DNA from: an uncultured Gammaproteobacteria bacterium
GTDB lineage: Bacteria; Patescibacteriota; Patescibacteriia; Patescibacteriales; UBA12465
NCBI GenBank assembly: GCA_964616855.1
Contig: CAZTUJ010000001.1
Location: 256,301 to 320,300, forward strand
Length of the DNA stretch: 64,000 nucleotides
Reading direction: 5' to 3'
The notes under the pieces are model-generated. The model did no database searches. It saw only the letters and a program-made list of their open reading frames with translations, and was not told where the DNA came from. A program made the translations under genes and the position numbers. Positions 19,226 through 28,795 of this stretch are shown piece by piece; within the stretch, counting starts at the first letter, position 1; every line of letters begins with the position of its first letter.

Positions 19226-20020
19226 ATGAAATTCATTTTAGGAAAAAAAATGCAGATGACCCAGATTTGGGAAAATGACAAGGTCTTAGCCGTGACTCCG
19301 GTTTTAGCTGGCCCTTGTGTCGTTTCTCAGGTCAAGACTCAGGCTAAAGATAAATATTCTGCTTTACAGTTAGCTTTCGGTGCTCGTAAAGAGAAAAATT
19401 TAAAGAAACCTCAGCGCGGACATTTTCAAAAAGCTGGCGTCTCCCCGATGCATGTGCGTGAATTCAGAACTGAGGGTGATGTGGCCGTTAAAATCGGTGA
19501 CAATATCAGCGCCGCTTCTTTCGCCGCGGGTGACATTATTGCGGTGACCGGTACCTCTAAGGGCCGTGGTTTCCAAGGCGTAGTTAAGCGCCATGGTTTC
19601 AAAGGCGGACGCAAAAGTCACGGTAATAAAGATCAATTACGCATGCCTGGTTCCGTCGGTCCTAAGGGTCCGGCTCATATCTTTAAAGGTATGCGCATGG
19701 GTGGCCGCATGGGCAACGAGAGAGTGACTGTGCAGAATTTAATGGTTGCCTCAGTAGATTTAGAAAATAACATTTTATATATCAAGGGTGCTGTGCCGGG
19801 TGCTAATGGTGGTTTAGTGATGATTAAGGGTAAGGGTGAATTAGTAATCAACGCTGCTCCCTTAGTAACAGAAGCAGTGGAAGCGAAGCTTGAAGCTCCA
19901 GTTGTCAGCGAAGAGGTGGTAGCTACCCCAGAAGTGGTGGCTGAAAGCCCGGTAGCGGAAGCACCAGTGGAAGCTGCGCCCGTGGTTGAAGAAACTAAAG
20001 AAGAGGCTCCGGCCGCTTAA
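19226..20020 (+). CDS. rplC: 50S ribosomal protein L3 with Ala/Pro/Glu/Val-rich C-terminal tail
   Basis: TGTSKGRGFQGVVKRHGFKGG motif. About 55 aa of low-complexity C-terminus. Confidence 0.95.
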   Translation: MKFILGKKMQMTQIWENDKVLAVTPVLAGPCVVSQVKTQAKDKYSALQLAFGARKEKNLKKPQRGHFQKAGVSPMHVREFRTEGDVAVKIGDNISAASFAAGDIIAVTGTSKGRGFQGVVKRHGFKGGRKSHGNKDQLRMPGSVGPKGPAHIFKGMRMGGRMGNERVTVQNLMVASVDLENNILYIKGAVPGANGGLVMIKGKGELVINAAPLVTEAVEAKLEAPVVSEEVVATPEVVAESPVAEAPVEAAPVVEETKEEAPAA

Positions 20021-20043
20021 TCAATTAAGTCCGGTTTAATTAT

Positions 20044-20697
20044 ATGTCAATCAAAGTCAAAGTTTATAATCAAAGTGCCGCTCTTGTTAAAGAGTTGGAA
20101 CTTAACCCCAAGTTTTTTGGCTTGAAGGCCAACGCTGATCTTTTGCATCAGGCGGTTGTCACTCAACAGGCTAATGAACGTCAGGTTTTAGCGCACACTA
20201 AAGATCGCAGCGAAGTTCGCGGCGGCGGTAAAAAACCTTGGAAGCAGAAAGGAACTGGCCGCGCTCGTGTCGGCTCCAGCCGCTCTCCTTTATGGATTGG
20301 TGGTGGTGTTACCTTCGGTCCGACTAAAGATCGTAATTTTTCTAAGAAGTTAAACAGAAAGATGCGTCAGAAAGCGGTGATGATGGCTTTGTCTGACAAA
20401 ATTGCTCAATCCAGTTTAGTTTTGATTGATACTTTAAAAATGGCGGAGTTTAAAACTAAACAGTTTAACGCCATGTTGAAAGCTTTTGAAAAAGAGATTT
20501 TACCGGCTAATCGCCGCAGCTTGCTGGTTATCAATAGCGAGAAGGACGAAAAAGCTAGATATTCTGGCCGCAATCTCAAAGGCATTACCATTATTAATCC
20601 AGAAAATATCAATATTGTTGATTTACTTACTTCCCGCCAAGTGATGATTAGCGAAGAGGGAATGAAGGCTTTGGAAACACAATACGGTAAAAATTAA
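20044..20697 (+). CDS. rplD: 50S ribosomal protein L4
   Basis: RGGGKKPWKQKGTGRARVGSSRSPLWIGGGVTFGP. Confidence 0.95.
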   Translation: MSIKVKVYNQSAALVKELELNPKFFGLKANADLLHQAVVTQQANERQVLAHTKDRSEVRGGGKKPWKQKGTGRARVGSSRSPLWIGGGVTFGPTKDRNFSKKLNRKMRQKAVMMALSDKIAQSSLVLIDTLKMAEFKTKQFNAMLKAFEKEILPANRRSLLVINSEKDEKARYSGRNLKGITIINPENINIVDLLTSRQVMISEEGMKALETQYGKN

Positions 20698-20723
20698 TCT
20701 TTCAATTTTGAATTTTGAATAAT

Positions 20724-21185
20724 ATGGCTTTATTTGGAGCAAAACAAACTAGCGCAAAAAAGACCCCGGTCGCTAAAGCAAAAACTGAAAAAACTGCCCC
20801 CAAGGCTGAGGGCGAATTAAACATGCAAGAGCTTTATGCCGCTGAAAATACGGAGAAGAAGAGTGCCCGCACTAAGAAAGGCGTGGCTGCTTCTCGTTTT
20901 GATGGTTCTTTCCGTGTTTTAGTGAAACCTTTAATTACCGAAAAGGCGACGGAATTAGGCACTCAGAATAAATACGCTTTTGTCGTTACCGGTGCCGCCA
21001 ATAAAATTGAAGTCGCTAAAGCGATTCACGCGGTTTACGGAGTTAAAGCCTTGAGTGTTAATATCATCTGTATGAAGGGTAAAGTCGTTACTCGCGGCCG
21101 CATCAAGGGTCAGCGTAAAGATTGGAAGAAGGCGATCGTCACTCTAAAGAAAGGTGAGAGCATTAAGATTTACGAAGGCGTTTAA
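20724..21185 (+). CDS. rplW: 50S ribosomal protein L23 with N-terminal extension
   Basis: Core LVKPLITEKATEL...YAFVV...KKAIVTLKKGESI. First ATG is 20724 (the track start 20715 is TTG). Confidence 0.9.
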   Translation: MALFGAKQTSAKKTPVAKAKTEKTAPKAEGELNMQELYAAENTEKKSARTKKGVAASRFDGSFRVLVKPLITEKATELGTQNKYAFVVTGAANKIEVAKAIHAVYGVKALSVNIICMKGKVVTRGRIKGQRKDWKKAIVTLKKGESIKIYEGV

Positions 21186-21210
21186 TTTATAAACAAGTAA
21201 CCGATTATAT

Positions 21211-22047
21211 ATGGGTATTAAAAAAGTACAAGCCAATACTCCCGGCCGTCGCAACGCTACTTTTGATGATTGCGTCGACATTACTAAAACCACTCCGGAA
21301 AAGCGGCTGATTGTTATTAAGAAAAAAACCAGTGGCCGTAACAGCCAGGGCAAAATCACTGTTCGCCATCGTGGCGGCGGGGAAAAGAGATATATCCGCT
21401 TAGTTGATTTTAAACGTGATAAATTTGAAATTCCGGCAACTGTGGCTTCGATTGAGTATGATCCTAACCGTGGCGCTCGTCTCGCTTTATTGAATTATGC
21501 TGATGGCGAAAAGCGCTATATTATCGCACCGGTGGCTTTAGTTGTCGGCGATAAGGTCCTTAGCTCTAAGAATTTAATTGAAATTAAAGCGGGCAATGCT
21601 ATGCCTGTTCAGCATATTCCTGCCGGCGTGGCCATTCATAATTTAGAATTTGAACCTGGTCGCGGCGCTAAAGTGGCGCGCGGCGCCGGTAATGCTGTTT
21701 TCGTCATGGGTGTGGAAGGTAAGTATGCTCAGATTAAGATGCCGAGCAGTGAAATTCGTTTAGTAAAAAAAGAATGTTTATGCACCGTTGGTCAGGCCAG
21801 CAATCCCGATAAACGTCACATCGTTTTAGGTAAAGCCGGTCGCAGCCGTCATATGGGTATCCGTCCGACTGTTCGCGGTACCGCGATGAATCCGGTTGAT
21901 CACCCCCATGGTGGTGGTGAAGGCAATCAGTCCATCGGTTTACGCCATCCCAAGACTCCTTGGGGTAAACCCGCTTTGGGTGTTAAGACTCGACGCAAGC
22001 GCTCTTCCAATAAGTTAATCATTAAGCGCCGGGCGAAGAGAAAGTAA
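21211..22047 (+). CDS. rplB: 50S ribosomal protein L2
   Basis: [16 protein letters not shown] and [13 protein letters not shown]. Confidence 0.97.
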   Translation: MGIKKVQANTPGRRNATFDDCVDITKTTPEKRLIVIKKKTSGRNSQGKITVRHRGGGEKRYIRLVDFKRDKFEIPATVASIEYDPNRGARLALLNYADGEKRYIIAPVALVVGDKVLSSKNLIEIKAGNAMPVQHIPAGVAIHNLEFEPGRGAKVARGAGNAVFVMGVEGKYAQIKMPSSEIRLVKKECLCTVGQASNPDKRHIVLGKAGRSRHMGIRPTVRGTAMNPVDHPHGGGEGNQSIGLRHPKTPWGKPALGVKTRRKRSSNKLIIKRRAKRK

Positions 22048-22089
22048 TATTTATTGTATCAAAAGTTTTATCCAAAATAATAAACGCAT

Positions 22090-22386
22090 ATGTCAAGAAG
22101 TTTGAAAAAAGGACCTTACGTCAATCTGCGCATTTTGAAGAAAGTGCAGGATTTGAAACCGGGCGACAAAACTGTTCTCAAAGTTTGGGATCGGGCTTGT
22201 TCGATTGTCCCGGAAATGGTTGGTCTCACCATTGCCGTTCATAACGGCAAACAGCATGTTCCCGTTTATGTCGTGGAAAATATGGTTGGCCATCGTTTAG
22301 GTGAATTCGCCCCGACTCGGAAATTCGTTTCTCATGGCGGTAAGATGGCGAAGGCTCAGTCTTCTCAGGCTAAGGGTGGCAAATAA
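22090..22386 (+). CDS. rpsS: 30S ribosomal protein S19
   Basis: [11 protein letters not shown] start and [27 protein letters not shown]. Confidence 0.97.
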   Translation: MSRSLKKGPYVNLRILKKVQDLKPGDKTVLKVWDRACSIVPEMVGLTIAVHNGKQHVPVYVVENMVGHRLGEFAPTRKFVSHGGKMAKAQSSQAKGGK

Positions 22387-22441
22387 TTAAAATGCGAGGC
22401 GGTTACGCGCAATTGCGCTGATTCCGCCACAAGCGAATCCT

Positions 22442-22975
22442 ATGGAAATTAAAGCAAGTTTAAATCATTTACGAATGTCTCCGCGCAAAGCGCGTTTGGT
22501 TATTGATGTCGTCCGCCATTTGTCGGTTGACCGCGCTTTAGCGCAATTACAATTTCTGAACAAACTGGCCGCTGAACCGATAAAGAAACTGATTGAATCC
22601 GCTATTGCTAACGCCGAACATAACTTCAGCATCGAACGCAGCAATCTTTTAATTAAAGAAATCAAAGCTGATGAAGGAGTTACTCTGAAGCGCTGGATGC
22701 CTAAAGCCCACGGTCGGGCGACGGTTATCCGCAAACGCGGCTGCCACATCCATGTCACTTTGGCGGAAATTGTTGCTAGCGGCAAGAAGACGGCCCGCAA
22801 AGAGAAGGTGGAGGCGCCGGTGAAATTGGAACAGGTAGCGGCTGATGCCGAAAAGAGGGCTTCTGCAGCAACCAAGAAAGAGGGAGGCAAGGCTGACACT
22901 AAGGCTAAGGCTGAGACTAAATCCAGCAAAGGTTTTACTACTAAAGTTTTCAACCGCAAGGCGGGCAGTAAATAA
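22442..22975 (+). CDS. rplV: 50S ribosomal protein L22 with Lys/Ala-rich C-terminal tail
   Basis: LRMSPRKARLVIDVVR and KRWMPKAHGRATVIRKRGCHI. Confidence 0.95.
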   Translation: MEIKASLNHLRMSPRKARLVIDVVRHLSVDRALAQLQFLNKLAAEPIKKLIESAIANAEHNFSIERSNLLIKEIKADEGVTLKRWMPKAHGRATVIRKRGCHIHVTLAEIVASGKKTARKEKVEAPVKLEQVAADAEKRASAATKKEGGKADTKAKAETKSSKGFTTKVFNRKAGSK

Positions 22976-23011
22976 TTTTTAGCTAAAGCAATTAATTCGT
23001 ATAACAATAGT

Positions 23012-23692
23012 ATGGGTAAAAAAGTAAATCCAAACGTAATGCGCTTAGGCGTTACCAAGACTTGGCCTTCCATCTGGTTTGAGAGCGGTAGCAATTATAT
23101 CAAGAATATTCAGCAAGACATTGTCATCCGTAAGCATTTGATCAAGACCATGCGTGAAGCCGGCATCGACCGTGTAGAAATCATTCGCAGTTTGAATAAA
23201 ATTACGATTGATATCTGGACAGGGAAGCCTGGTTTGATTATCGGTCGCGGCGGCAACGGCGTGGAAGATTTAAAGAAGAAGATTCATGATAAATTTCTCC
23301 GCAATTTCCGTATGGGTGAAATCAACCTCAACATCAAAGAGGTTAGTCGCCCGCAGCTCAGTGCTCAGATTGCCGTCCAGGCAACCATCATGGATTTGGA
23401 AAAGCGCATGCCTTTCCGTAAAGTGATGAAGCAATTGATTGGTCGCGTCGAAAGAGGCGGTGCTCTCGGTGTCAAAGTGGTTATCAGTGGTCGTTTAAAC
23501 GGCGCGGAAATCGCTCGGACCGAGAAATTGGTATCTGGCAAAGTGCCTTTACAGACTTTACGTGCTGATATCAACTATGCTCGCGGTGTGGCTCATACTA
23601 GTTATGGCGCCATCGGCATCAAAGTTTGGATTTATAAAGGTGAAGTTTTTGAAAAAGAAAAAGACGGCAAAGGGGAACTCATCGCCGCTTAA
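23012..23692 (+). CDS. rpsC: 30S ribosomal protein S3
   Basis: MGKKVNPNVMRLGV start, a KH domain, and SGRLNGAEIARTE. Confidence 0.97.
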   Translation: MGKKVNPNVMRLGVTKTWPSIWFESGSNYIKNIQQDIVIRKHLIKTMREAGIDRVEIIRSLNKITIDIWTGKPGLIIGRGGNGVEDLKKKIHDKFLRNFRMGEINLNIKEVSRPQLSAQIAVQATIMDLEKRMPFRKVMKQLIGRVERGGALGVKVVISGRLNGAEIARTEKLVSGKVPLQTLRADINYARGVAHTSYGAIGIKVWIYKGEVFEKEKDGKGELIAA

Positions 23693-23721
23693 ATAAAAAT
23701 TAAACGATTTTCATTACCGAT

Positions 23722-24126
23722 ATGTTAATGCCCAAGAAAACTAAATACCGGAAAGACCATAAGCGCCGCCGCGGCGGCATCGCCACTCGGATGGTTGAGG
23801 TCAGTTTCGGCAGCTACGGCTTAAAAGCGACGACCGCCCACTGGGTGACTTCTCGTCAGATTGAAGCCGCGCGCCGGGTCATGACCCGCTATATCAAGAA
23901 GACTGGTAAGCTTTGGATCAGAATTTTCCCGGATAAGCCAGTCACTATCCATGGCGGCGAAATCCCGATGGGTAAAGGTAAAGGTGCTGTCGATCACTAT
24001 GTGGCGGTCGTTAAGCCCGGTACCGTTATGTTTGAACTGGAAGGCTTGGATGAAAAGACGGCGACCGAAGCGATGACTTTAGCGGCCCACAAGTTACCGG
24101 TTAAATGCAAAGTCGTAGGCAAATAA
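23722..24126 (+). CDS. rplP: 50S ribosomal protein L16
   Basis: MPKKTKYRK start, IWIRIFPDKPVT and MGKGKGAVDHYVA. Confidence 0.97.
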   Translation: MLMPKKTKYRKDHKRRRGGIATRMVEVSFGSYGLKATTAHWVTSRQIEAARRVMTRYIKKTGKLWIRIFPDKPVTIHGGEIPMGKGKGAVDHYVAVVKPGTVMFELEGLDEKTATEAMTLAAHKLPVKCKVVGK

Positions 24127-24162
24127 AGACGCCGCGTCCTCAAAATTATTTTAATCAATTAT

Positions 24163-24348
24163 ATGGAAATGAAAGAGCTTACAACTAAAACTACGGCGGA
24201 TCTACATAAGCTGTTAGCCCAATCCCGCGAAAAGTTGCGCGAATTGCGTTTTAAAGATTCAAATCGCCAGCTGAAAAATATCCGTGAAATCCGACAGACC
24301 CGCGAGACGGTGGCTCAGATTTTAACGGTTTTAAACACCAAAGCTTAA
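24163..24348 (+). CDS. rpmC: 50S ribosomal protein L29
   Basis: 61 aa, LRELRFKDSNRQLKNIREIRQTRETVAQI. Supported by synteny. Confidence 0.9.
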   Translation: MEMKELTTKTTADLHKLLAQSREKLRELRFKDSNRQLKNIREIRQTRETVAQILTVLNTKA

Positions 24349-24359
24349 TTTAAACTTCT

Positions 24360-24635
24360 ATGCCCGCACAAAAACAAGCCGTAGCCATTGCTCCGGCGGA
24401 CAATAAAATCATCAAGCGCTTCAGTGGCGTGGTTGTCAGCACCAAGAGCGACAAAACCGCCATCGTGAAGGTGGATTCGGTTAAAATTAATCAAAAATAT
24501 AAGAAACGCTATACTGTTAGCCGTCAATATCAGGTTCATGATGAAAAGAATGTTTGTAAAGAAGGCGATAAGGTAACTTTTATTGAATGCCGCCCTTTGA
24601 GCAAAAACAAACGCTGGCGGGTAATTGAGAACTAA
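24360..24635 (+). CDS. rpsQ: 30S ribosomal protein S17
   Basis: [16 protein letters not shown]...[30 protein letters not shown]. Confidence 0.95.
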   Translation: MPAQKQAVAIAPADNKIIKRFSGVVVSTKSDKTAIVKVDSVKINQKYKKRYTVSRQYQVHDEKNVCKEGDKVTFIECRPLSKNKRWRVIEN

Positions 24636-24688
24636 AGCAGGTTGGCTGTTTCGGCCCCATCTTGGGGACGACAGCGAACGATACTGGT

Positions 24689-25063
24689 ATGATTCAAGTA
24701 CAGACAAGATTAAAGGTAGCCGATAATTCCGGCGCTAAAGAGTTGATGTGTATCCGCGTTTTAGGCGGCTACCGCAAACGCTATGCCCATGTTGGTGATA
24801 TTATCATCGGCACGGTTAAGAGTGCTTCTCCGCATGCCGCTGTTAAGAAAAGCGATGTGGTAAAGGCGGTGGTGGTGCGCACCAGCAAGGAAATTCGTCG
24901 TCAGGACGGGACTTATGTCCGCTTTGACGATAACGCCTGTGTTATTATCGTTGATAAGGAGAAGAAAGATCCCAAGGGTACCCGCATTTTTGGCCCAGTG
25001 GCCAGAGAAGTGCGTCGCGCCGGTTTTGTGAAAATCGCCTCCTTGGCTCCCGAGGTTTTATAA
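24689..25063 (+). CDS. rplN: 50S ribosomal protein L14
   Basis: [30 protein letters not shown] 24689 lies inside the longer track ORF. Confidence 0.97.
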   Translation: MIQVQTRLKVADNSGAKELMCIRVLGGYRKRYAHVGDIIIGTVKSASPHAAVKKSDVVKAVVVRTSKEIRRQDGTYVRFDDNACVIIVDKEKKDPKGTRIFGPVAREVRRAGFVKIASLAPEVL

Positions 25064-25087
25064 TTTTAAGAGGGTCAATTCGAATAT

Positions 25088-25408
25088 ATGAATATCAAGA
25101 AAAACGACAATATTAAAATCTTAGCCGGCAAAGACAGCGGCAAGACCGGTAAGGTTTTGCAGGTTTTGCCCAAAGAAGGCAAAGTGAGCATTGAAGGTCT
25201 CAACCTTTTGGTTAAGCATATGCGTCCGAGTCGCGAAGGCGAAAAGGGTCAACGCATTGAGTTTCCGGCTTTCATCAACGCTTCCAATGTCGCTTTAATT
25301 TGTCCTTCCTGTGGTCGCCAAACCAGAGTCGGCACTAAGATTGTCGCGGGTGAAAAAGGCAACAAAAAATATCGGGTCTGCAAAAAATGCCAGACTGTAA
25401 TCGAGTAA
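25088..25408 (+). CDS. rplX: 50S ribosomal protein L24
   Basis: KOW motif IKKNDNIKILAGKDSGKTGKVLQV. Contains CPSCGR...CKKC cysteines. Confidence 0.93.
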   Translation: MNIKKNDNIKILAGKDSGKTGKVLQVLPKEGKVSIEGLNLLVKHMRPSREGEKGQRIEFPAFINASNVALICPSCGRQTRVGTKIVAGEKGNKKYRVCKKCQTVIE

Positions 25409-25418
25409 TTTCAATACT

Positions 25419-25964
25419 ATGCGTTTAAAAGAAAAATATCAAAAAGAAATCGTGCCGAAATTGAAAGAGCAGTTCGCTTATAAGAACAGCCTCTTGGTGC
25501 CGCGTTTGCAAAAAGTTGTGATTAACATCGGCTTTGGTAAACACGCCAAGGAAAAAGAAGCCATCAGCGCGATTGAAAAGACTCTAACCAAGATCAGCGG
25601 CCAAAAACCGATTATGACCAAGGCCAAGAAATCTATTTCCGCTTTCAAAGTTAGAGAAGGCATGGTTATTGGCGCTGTCGCGACAATGCGCGGCGATCGG
25701 ATGTATGACTTTGTGGAAAAATTGGTCAATATTTCTTTTCCCCGGGTGCGTGACTTCCGCGGTATCAGCGACAAAGGTGTCGACCGCAGCGGTAACATGA
25801 CCGTCGGTTTAAAAGATTACTCTTGTTTTCCGGAACTTAAAGCTGAAGATATCGATCAGGTTTATGGCTTAGAAATTTGTTTGAATACCAACGCGAAAAC
25901 TCGCGAAGAAGGCTTAGCGCTATTTACCGCTTTTGGCTTTCCTTTCAAAAAGAACGAAAAATAA
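25419..25964 (+). CDS. rplE: 50S ribosomal protein L5
   Basis: LQKVVINIGFG, MYDFVEKLVNISFPRVRDFRG and NMTVGLKD. Confidence 0.96.
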   Translation: MRLKEKYQKEIVPKLKEQFAYKNSLLVPRLQKVVINIGFGKHAKEKEAISAIEKTLTKISGQKPIMTKAKKSISAFKVREGMVIGAVATMRGDRMYDFVEKLVNISFPRVRDFRGISDKGVDRSGNMTVGLKDYSCFPELKAEDIDQVYGLEICLNTNAKTREEGLALFTAFGFPFKKNEK

Positions 25965-25978
25965 TTTAAATATTATAT

Positions 25979-26164
25979 ATGGCAAGAACAGCTCTCATCG
26001 TTAAAGCGAAGCGCAAACCTAAGTTTTCTACCCGCAAGATCAACCGTTGCTGGCGCTGCGGCCGCAACCACGGCTTTATGCGCGATTTTGGCTTGTGCCG
26101 TATTTGCTTTCGTGAATTAGCCGATAACGGCGACCTGCCGGGTATTACGAAATCTAGCTGGTAA
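25979..26164 (+). CDS. rpsN: 30S ribosomal protein S14, zinc-binding short (type Z) form
   Basis: 61 aa, [23 protein letters not shown]. Confidence 0.95.
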   Translation: MARTALIVKAKRKPKFSTRKINRCWRCGRNHGFMRDFGLCRICFRELADNGDLPGITKSSW

Positions 26165-26203
26165 ATACCGGCCGCCAATATTATCTAAACATAGTATAAC
26201 AAT

Positions 26204-26614
26204 ATGACAGATCCAATCGCAGACATGTTTACACGCATCCGCAACGCTTCGGCGGTCAAAAAGACCGAAGTGTTGATGCCGATGAGTAAAATGAAATATG
26301 AAATCGCCAAGATTTTGGAAAAGGAAGGCTGGATTAGCCGTGCCGAAATCGTTGCTGGTGGTTTGAATGCCCGCCATAGTCAGTTTGATCAACTGAAGCT
26401 TGCTTTGAAATACCAAAAAAATGGCCGTCCTTATATCAATGGCATCAAGCGTCTCAGTAAGACTGGCGCCCGCGTTTATGTGGGTAAGGCTGAAATCCCG
26501 ACCGTTTTGAATAATTTCGGTATTGCTATTTTATCTACTTCTTCCGGTTTAATGACTAATAAAGAAGCCCGTCGGCATAATATCGGCGGTGAACTTATCG
26601 GTGAAGTGTACTAA
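26204..26614 (+). CDS. rpsH: 30S ribosomal protein S8
   Basis: MTDPIADMFTRIRNA start and ILSTSSGLMTNKEARRHNIGGELIGEVY end. Confidence 0.97.
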   Translation: MTDPIADMFTRIRNASAVKKTEVLMPMSKMKYEIAKILEKEGWISRAEIVAGGLNARHSQFDQLKLALKYQKNGRPYINGIKRLSKTGARVYVGKAEIPTVLNNFGIAILSTSSGLMTNKEARRHNIGGELIGEVY

Positions 26615-26665
26615 CTAATTTTGCGGACGCTTGAGCCTTTATGGCTAGCGCCGCGCACAGAACAT

Positions 26666-27205
26666 ATGTCTCGTCTAGGAAAATTACCAATTAATCTCCC
26701 TGAAGGCGTTAGCGCCCAGTTTCAAAACGGCATCCTGGTAGTGAAGGGACCGAAGGGTGAACTGTCTCGGGAAATCAAAGCGCCTGCTTCGGTTGAAGTT
26801 GTTGACGGTTCTTTGCGCGTAAGCGTGGACCTGAAAGCTAAAGACGCTAGTGCTTACTGGGGTTTATATCGTGCTTTAGTTGATAATATGGTGACCGGTG
26901 TTAAAGTCGGTTTTACTAAGAAATTAGAAATCAACGGCGTTGGTTACCGGGCGGCGGTTAGTGGTAATAAATTAAATTTAAGCTTAGGCTATTCTCATCC
27001 GATTGAATTTCCTTTACCTACCGGCATTAGCGCGGTGGTGGAAGGTAATGCTATTACTTTAAGCGGCATTGATAATGAACTCTTAGGTAATACTGCCTAT
27101 AAAGTTCGTAAGCTGCGTGTTCCTGAACCTTATAAAGGTAAGGGTGTTAAATATGCTGATGAAGTCTTGCGCCGCAAGGCCGGTAAGACTGCCGCTAAGA
27201 AATAA
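26666..27205 (+). CDS. rplF: 50S ribosomal protein L6
   Basis: MSRLGKLPINLPEGV start and PEPYKGKGVKYADE. ATG 26666 lies inside the longer track ORF. Confidence 0.96.
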   Translation: MSRLGKLPINLPEGVSAQFQNGILVVKGPKGELSREIKAPASVEVVDGSLRVSVDLKAKDASAYWGLYRALVDNMVTGVKVGFTKKLEINGVGYRAAVSGNKLNLSLGYSHPIEFPLPTGISAVVEGNAITLSGIDNELLGNTAYKVRKLRVPEPYKGKGVKYADEVLRRKAGKTAAKK

Positions 27206-27226
27206 GGCAATTGAGATTTAAACTAT

Positions 27227-27586
27227 ATGATGAATGTTATCAAAAAAGAAAAAGCTCGTAAGCTCCGCCGTCAGGTGAGAGTGCGTGCTAAAATCAGTGG
27301 CACGGCTGCTCGTCCGCGCTTAAATGTTTTCCGTTCCAATCGGGGTATGTATTTGCAGCTCATCGATGATACTTCCGGCCGCACTTTAGCTAGTGCGCAT
27401 ACGCGCGAATTGAAAGGGAAGAGTGCTCAAAAGAGCGAAAATGCTGCTGCTTTAGGCAAGCTTTTGGCAGACAAAGCTTTAGCTTTGGGCATCAAAGAAG
27501 TCGTCTTTGATCGTAGCTCCTATCGTTATCATGGCCGCGTCAAAGCAGTCGCTGATAGTGCTCGTGAACAAGGATTAGTTTTCTAA
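27227..27586 (+). CDS. rplR: 50S ribosomal protein L18
   Basis: [20 protein letters not shown] and [26 protein letters not shown]. Confidence 0.96.
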   Translation: MMNVIKKEKARKLRRQVRVRAKISGTAARPRLNVFRSNRGMYLQLIDDTSGRTLASAHTRELKGKSAQKSENAAALGKLLADKALALGIKEVVFDRSSYRYHGRVKAVADSAREQGLVF

Positions 27587-27613
27587 ACCTAAATAAGTAT
27601 TAAGATTTTTAAT

Positions 27614-28309
27614 ATGGCAGACGATAACAAAAAAGTAGAAGCCGGCAGTTCCGACCAGAAAGTCGCAGCCGCTGTCGCTAAAGATTTATACGGCGATCGG
27701 GAAAAGCGCAACCGTGGTGGCCGTCCTCCGCGCCGTGATGGCCGTGGTGGCCGCGACGAGAATAAGGATGAATTTGAACAGCGCATCTTGGAAATCGCCC
27801 GCGTTACTCGTGTTATGGCTGGCGGTAAGCGTATGAATTTTCGCGCTTGCGTTGCTATTGGCGACCGTAAGGGGAGCGTGAGTGTAGGCTTGGGCAAGGG
27901 AGCTGACGTGACTATGGCTGTTAACAAGGCTGTTAATCGCGCGAAGAAGACCATGCTTAAAGTTCCGGTTGTTAACGAAACCATCCCTCATGTCGTTCGT
28001 CAGAAATTAGGCGCCGCTTCCATTATTTTTAAACCAGCTAAGCAAGGCCGCGGTGTTATTGCCGGTGGTGTTGCTCGGGCAATTTTAGAATTAGCCGGTA
28101 TCAAGAATGTTACTAGTAAAGTTTTAGGTACTAATAATAAGATTAATAACGCTCGTTGTACCTTAGCCGCTTTGGCCAGCTTGCGCCAACCGGAAAAGAG
28201 ACAGAACTCTGAGAAGAAATCGGAATTAAAGGTAGAGGAAAAAACTGAAGCTCCTGTAGTAGAAGAACAGGCTAAGCCGCTTGTGAAAAAGAGCGCCGTT
28301 AAAAAATAA
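27614..28309 (+). CDS. rpsE: 30S ribosomal protein S5 with N- and C-terminal extensions
   Basis: RVTRVMAGGKRMNFRACVAIGDRKGSVSVGLGKG and GRGVIAGGVARAILELAGIKNV. Confidence 0.96.
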   Translation: MADDNKKVEAGSSDQKVAAAVAKDLYGDREKRNRGGRPPRRDGRGGRDENKDEFEQRILEIARVTRVMAGGKRMNFRACVAIGDRKGSVSVGLGKGADVTMAVNKAVNRAKKTMLKVPVVNETIPHVVRQKLGAASIIFKPAKQGRGVIAGGVARAILELAGIKNVTSKVLGTNNKINNARCTLAALASLRQPEKRQNSEKKSELKVEEKTEAPVVEEQAKPLVKKSAVKK

Positions 28310-28339
28310 GCGCCAATTTTAAGATAATCATTTAATTTT

Positions 28340-28756
28340 ATGCTGTCACTGAATAATCTCAAACGCGCCGTCGGCGCTACTCATAAAAAAAAGCGGGTTG
28401 GTCGCGGTAACGCGTCCGGCCACGGTACTTACAGCACCCGCGGTTTGAAAGGACAGAAGTCTCGCTCCGGTGTCAGCGGTTTGAAGCGTCTTGGTATGCG
28501 CAAACAGCTTTTACAGACGCCGAAATTGCGTGGTTTCCGCTCTCTACAGCCGAAGAACCAGATTGTTTCCGTCAGCGCTATCAATAAGCACTTTAAGGAT
28601 GGTGAAATGGTAAACCCGACCGCTCTCTTCGAGAAAGAACTGATTAAGAATGCCGGTTCTCCCGTAAAGATTTTAGGCAAAGAGAAATTGACGGTGAAAG
28701 CCAAGTTTGAAAAAGTAGCAATGAGCGCGGCGGTCAAAGGCCAGATATCTGCTTAA
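28340..28756 (+). CDS. rplO: 50S ribosomal protein L15
   Basis: [28 protein letters not shown]. Follows rpsE after a 30-nt gap, so there is no rpmD. Confidence 0.95.
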   Translation: MLSLNNLKRAVGATHKKKRVGRGNASGHGTYSTRGLKGQKSRSGVSGLKRLGMRKQLLQTPKLRGFRSLQPKNQIVSVSAINKHFKDGEMVNPTALFEKELIKNAGSPVKILGKEKLTVKAKFEKVAMSAAVKGQISA

Positions 28757-28795
28757 GATATTTGGCTTTTGCCTATAATCATAATCAATCGTTTT

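Noticed and set aside
22465-23094. 209-aa minus-strand ORF spanning rplV and the start of rpsC
   Set aside because: It is fully antisense to two unambiguous ribosomal protein genes. Its low-complexity Ala/Leu/Ser-rich translation has no motif. This is the typical shadow ORF opposite a highly expressed gene.
27589-28362. Minus-strand ORFs (131, 101 and 120 aa) opposite rpsE and the rplO start
   Set aside because: They are antisense to conserved ribosomal protein genes and have no motifs.
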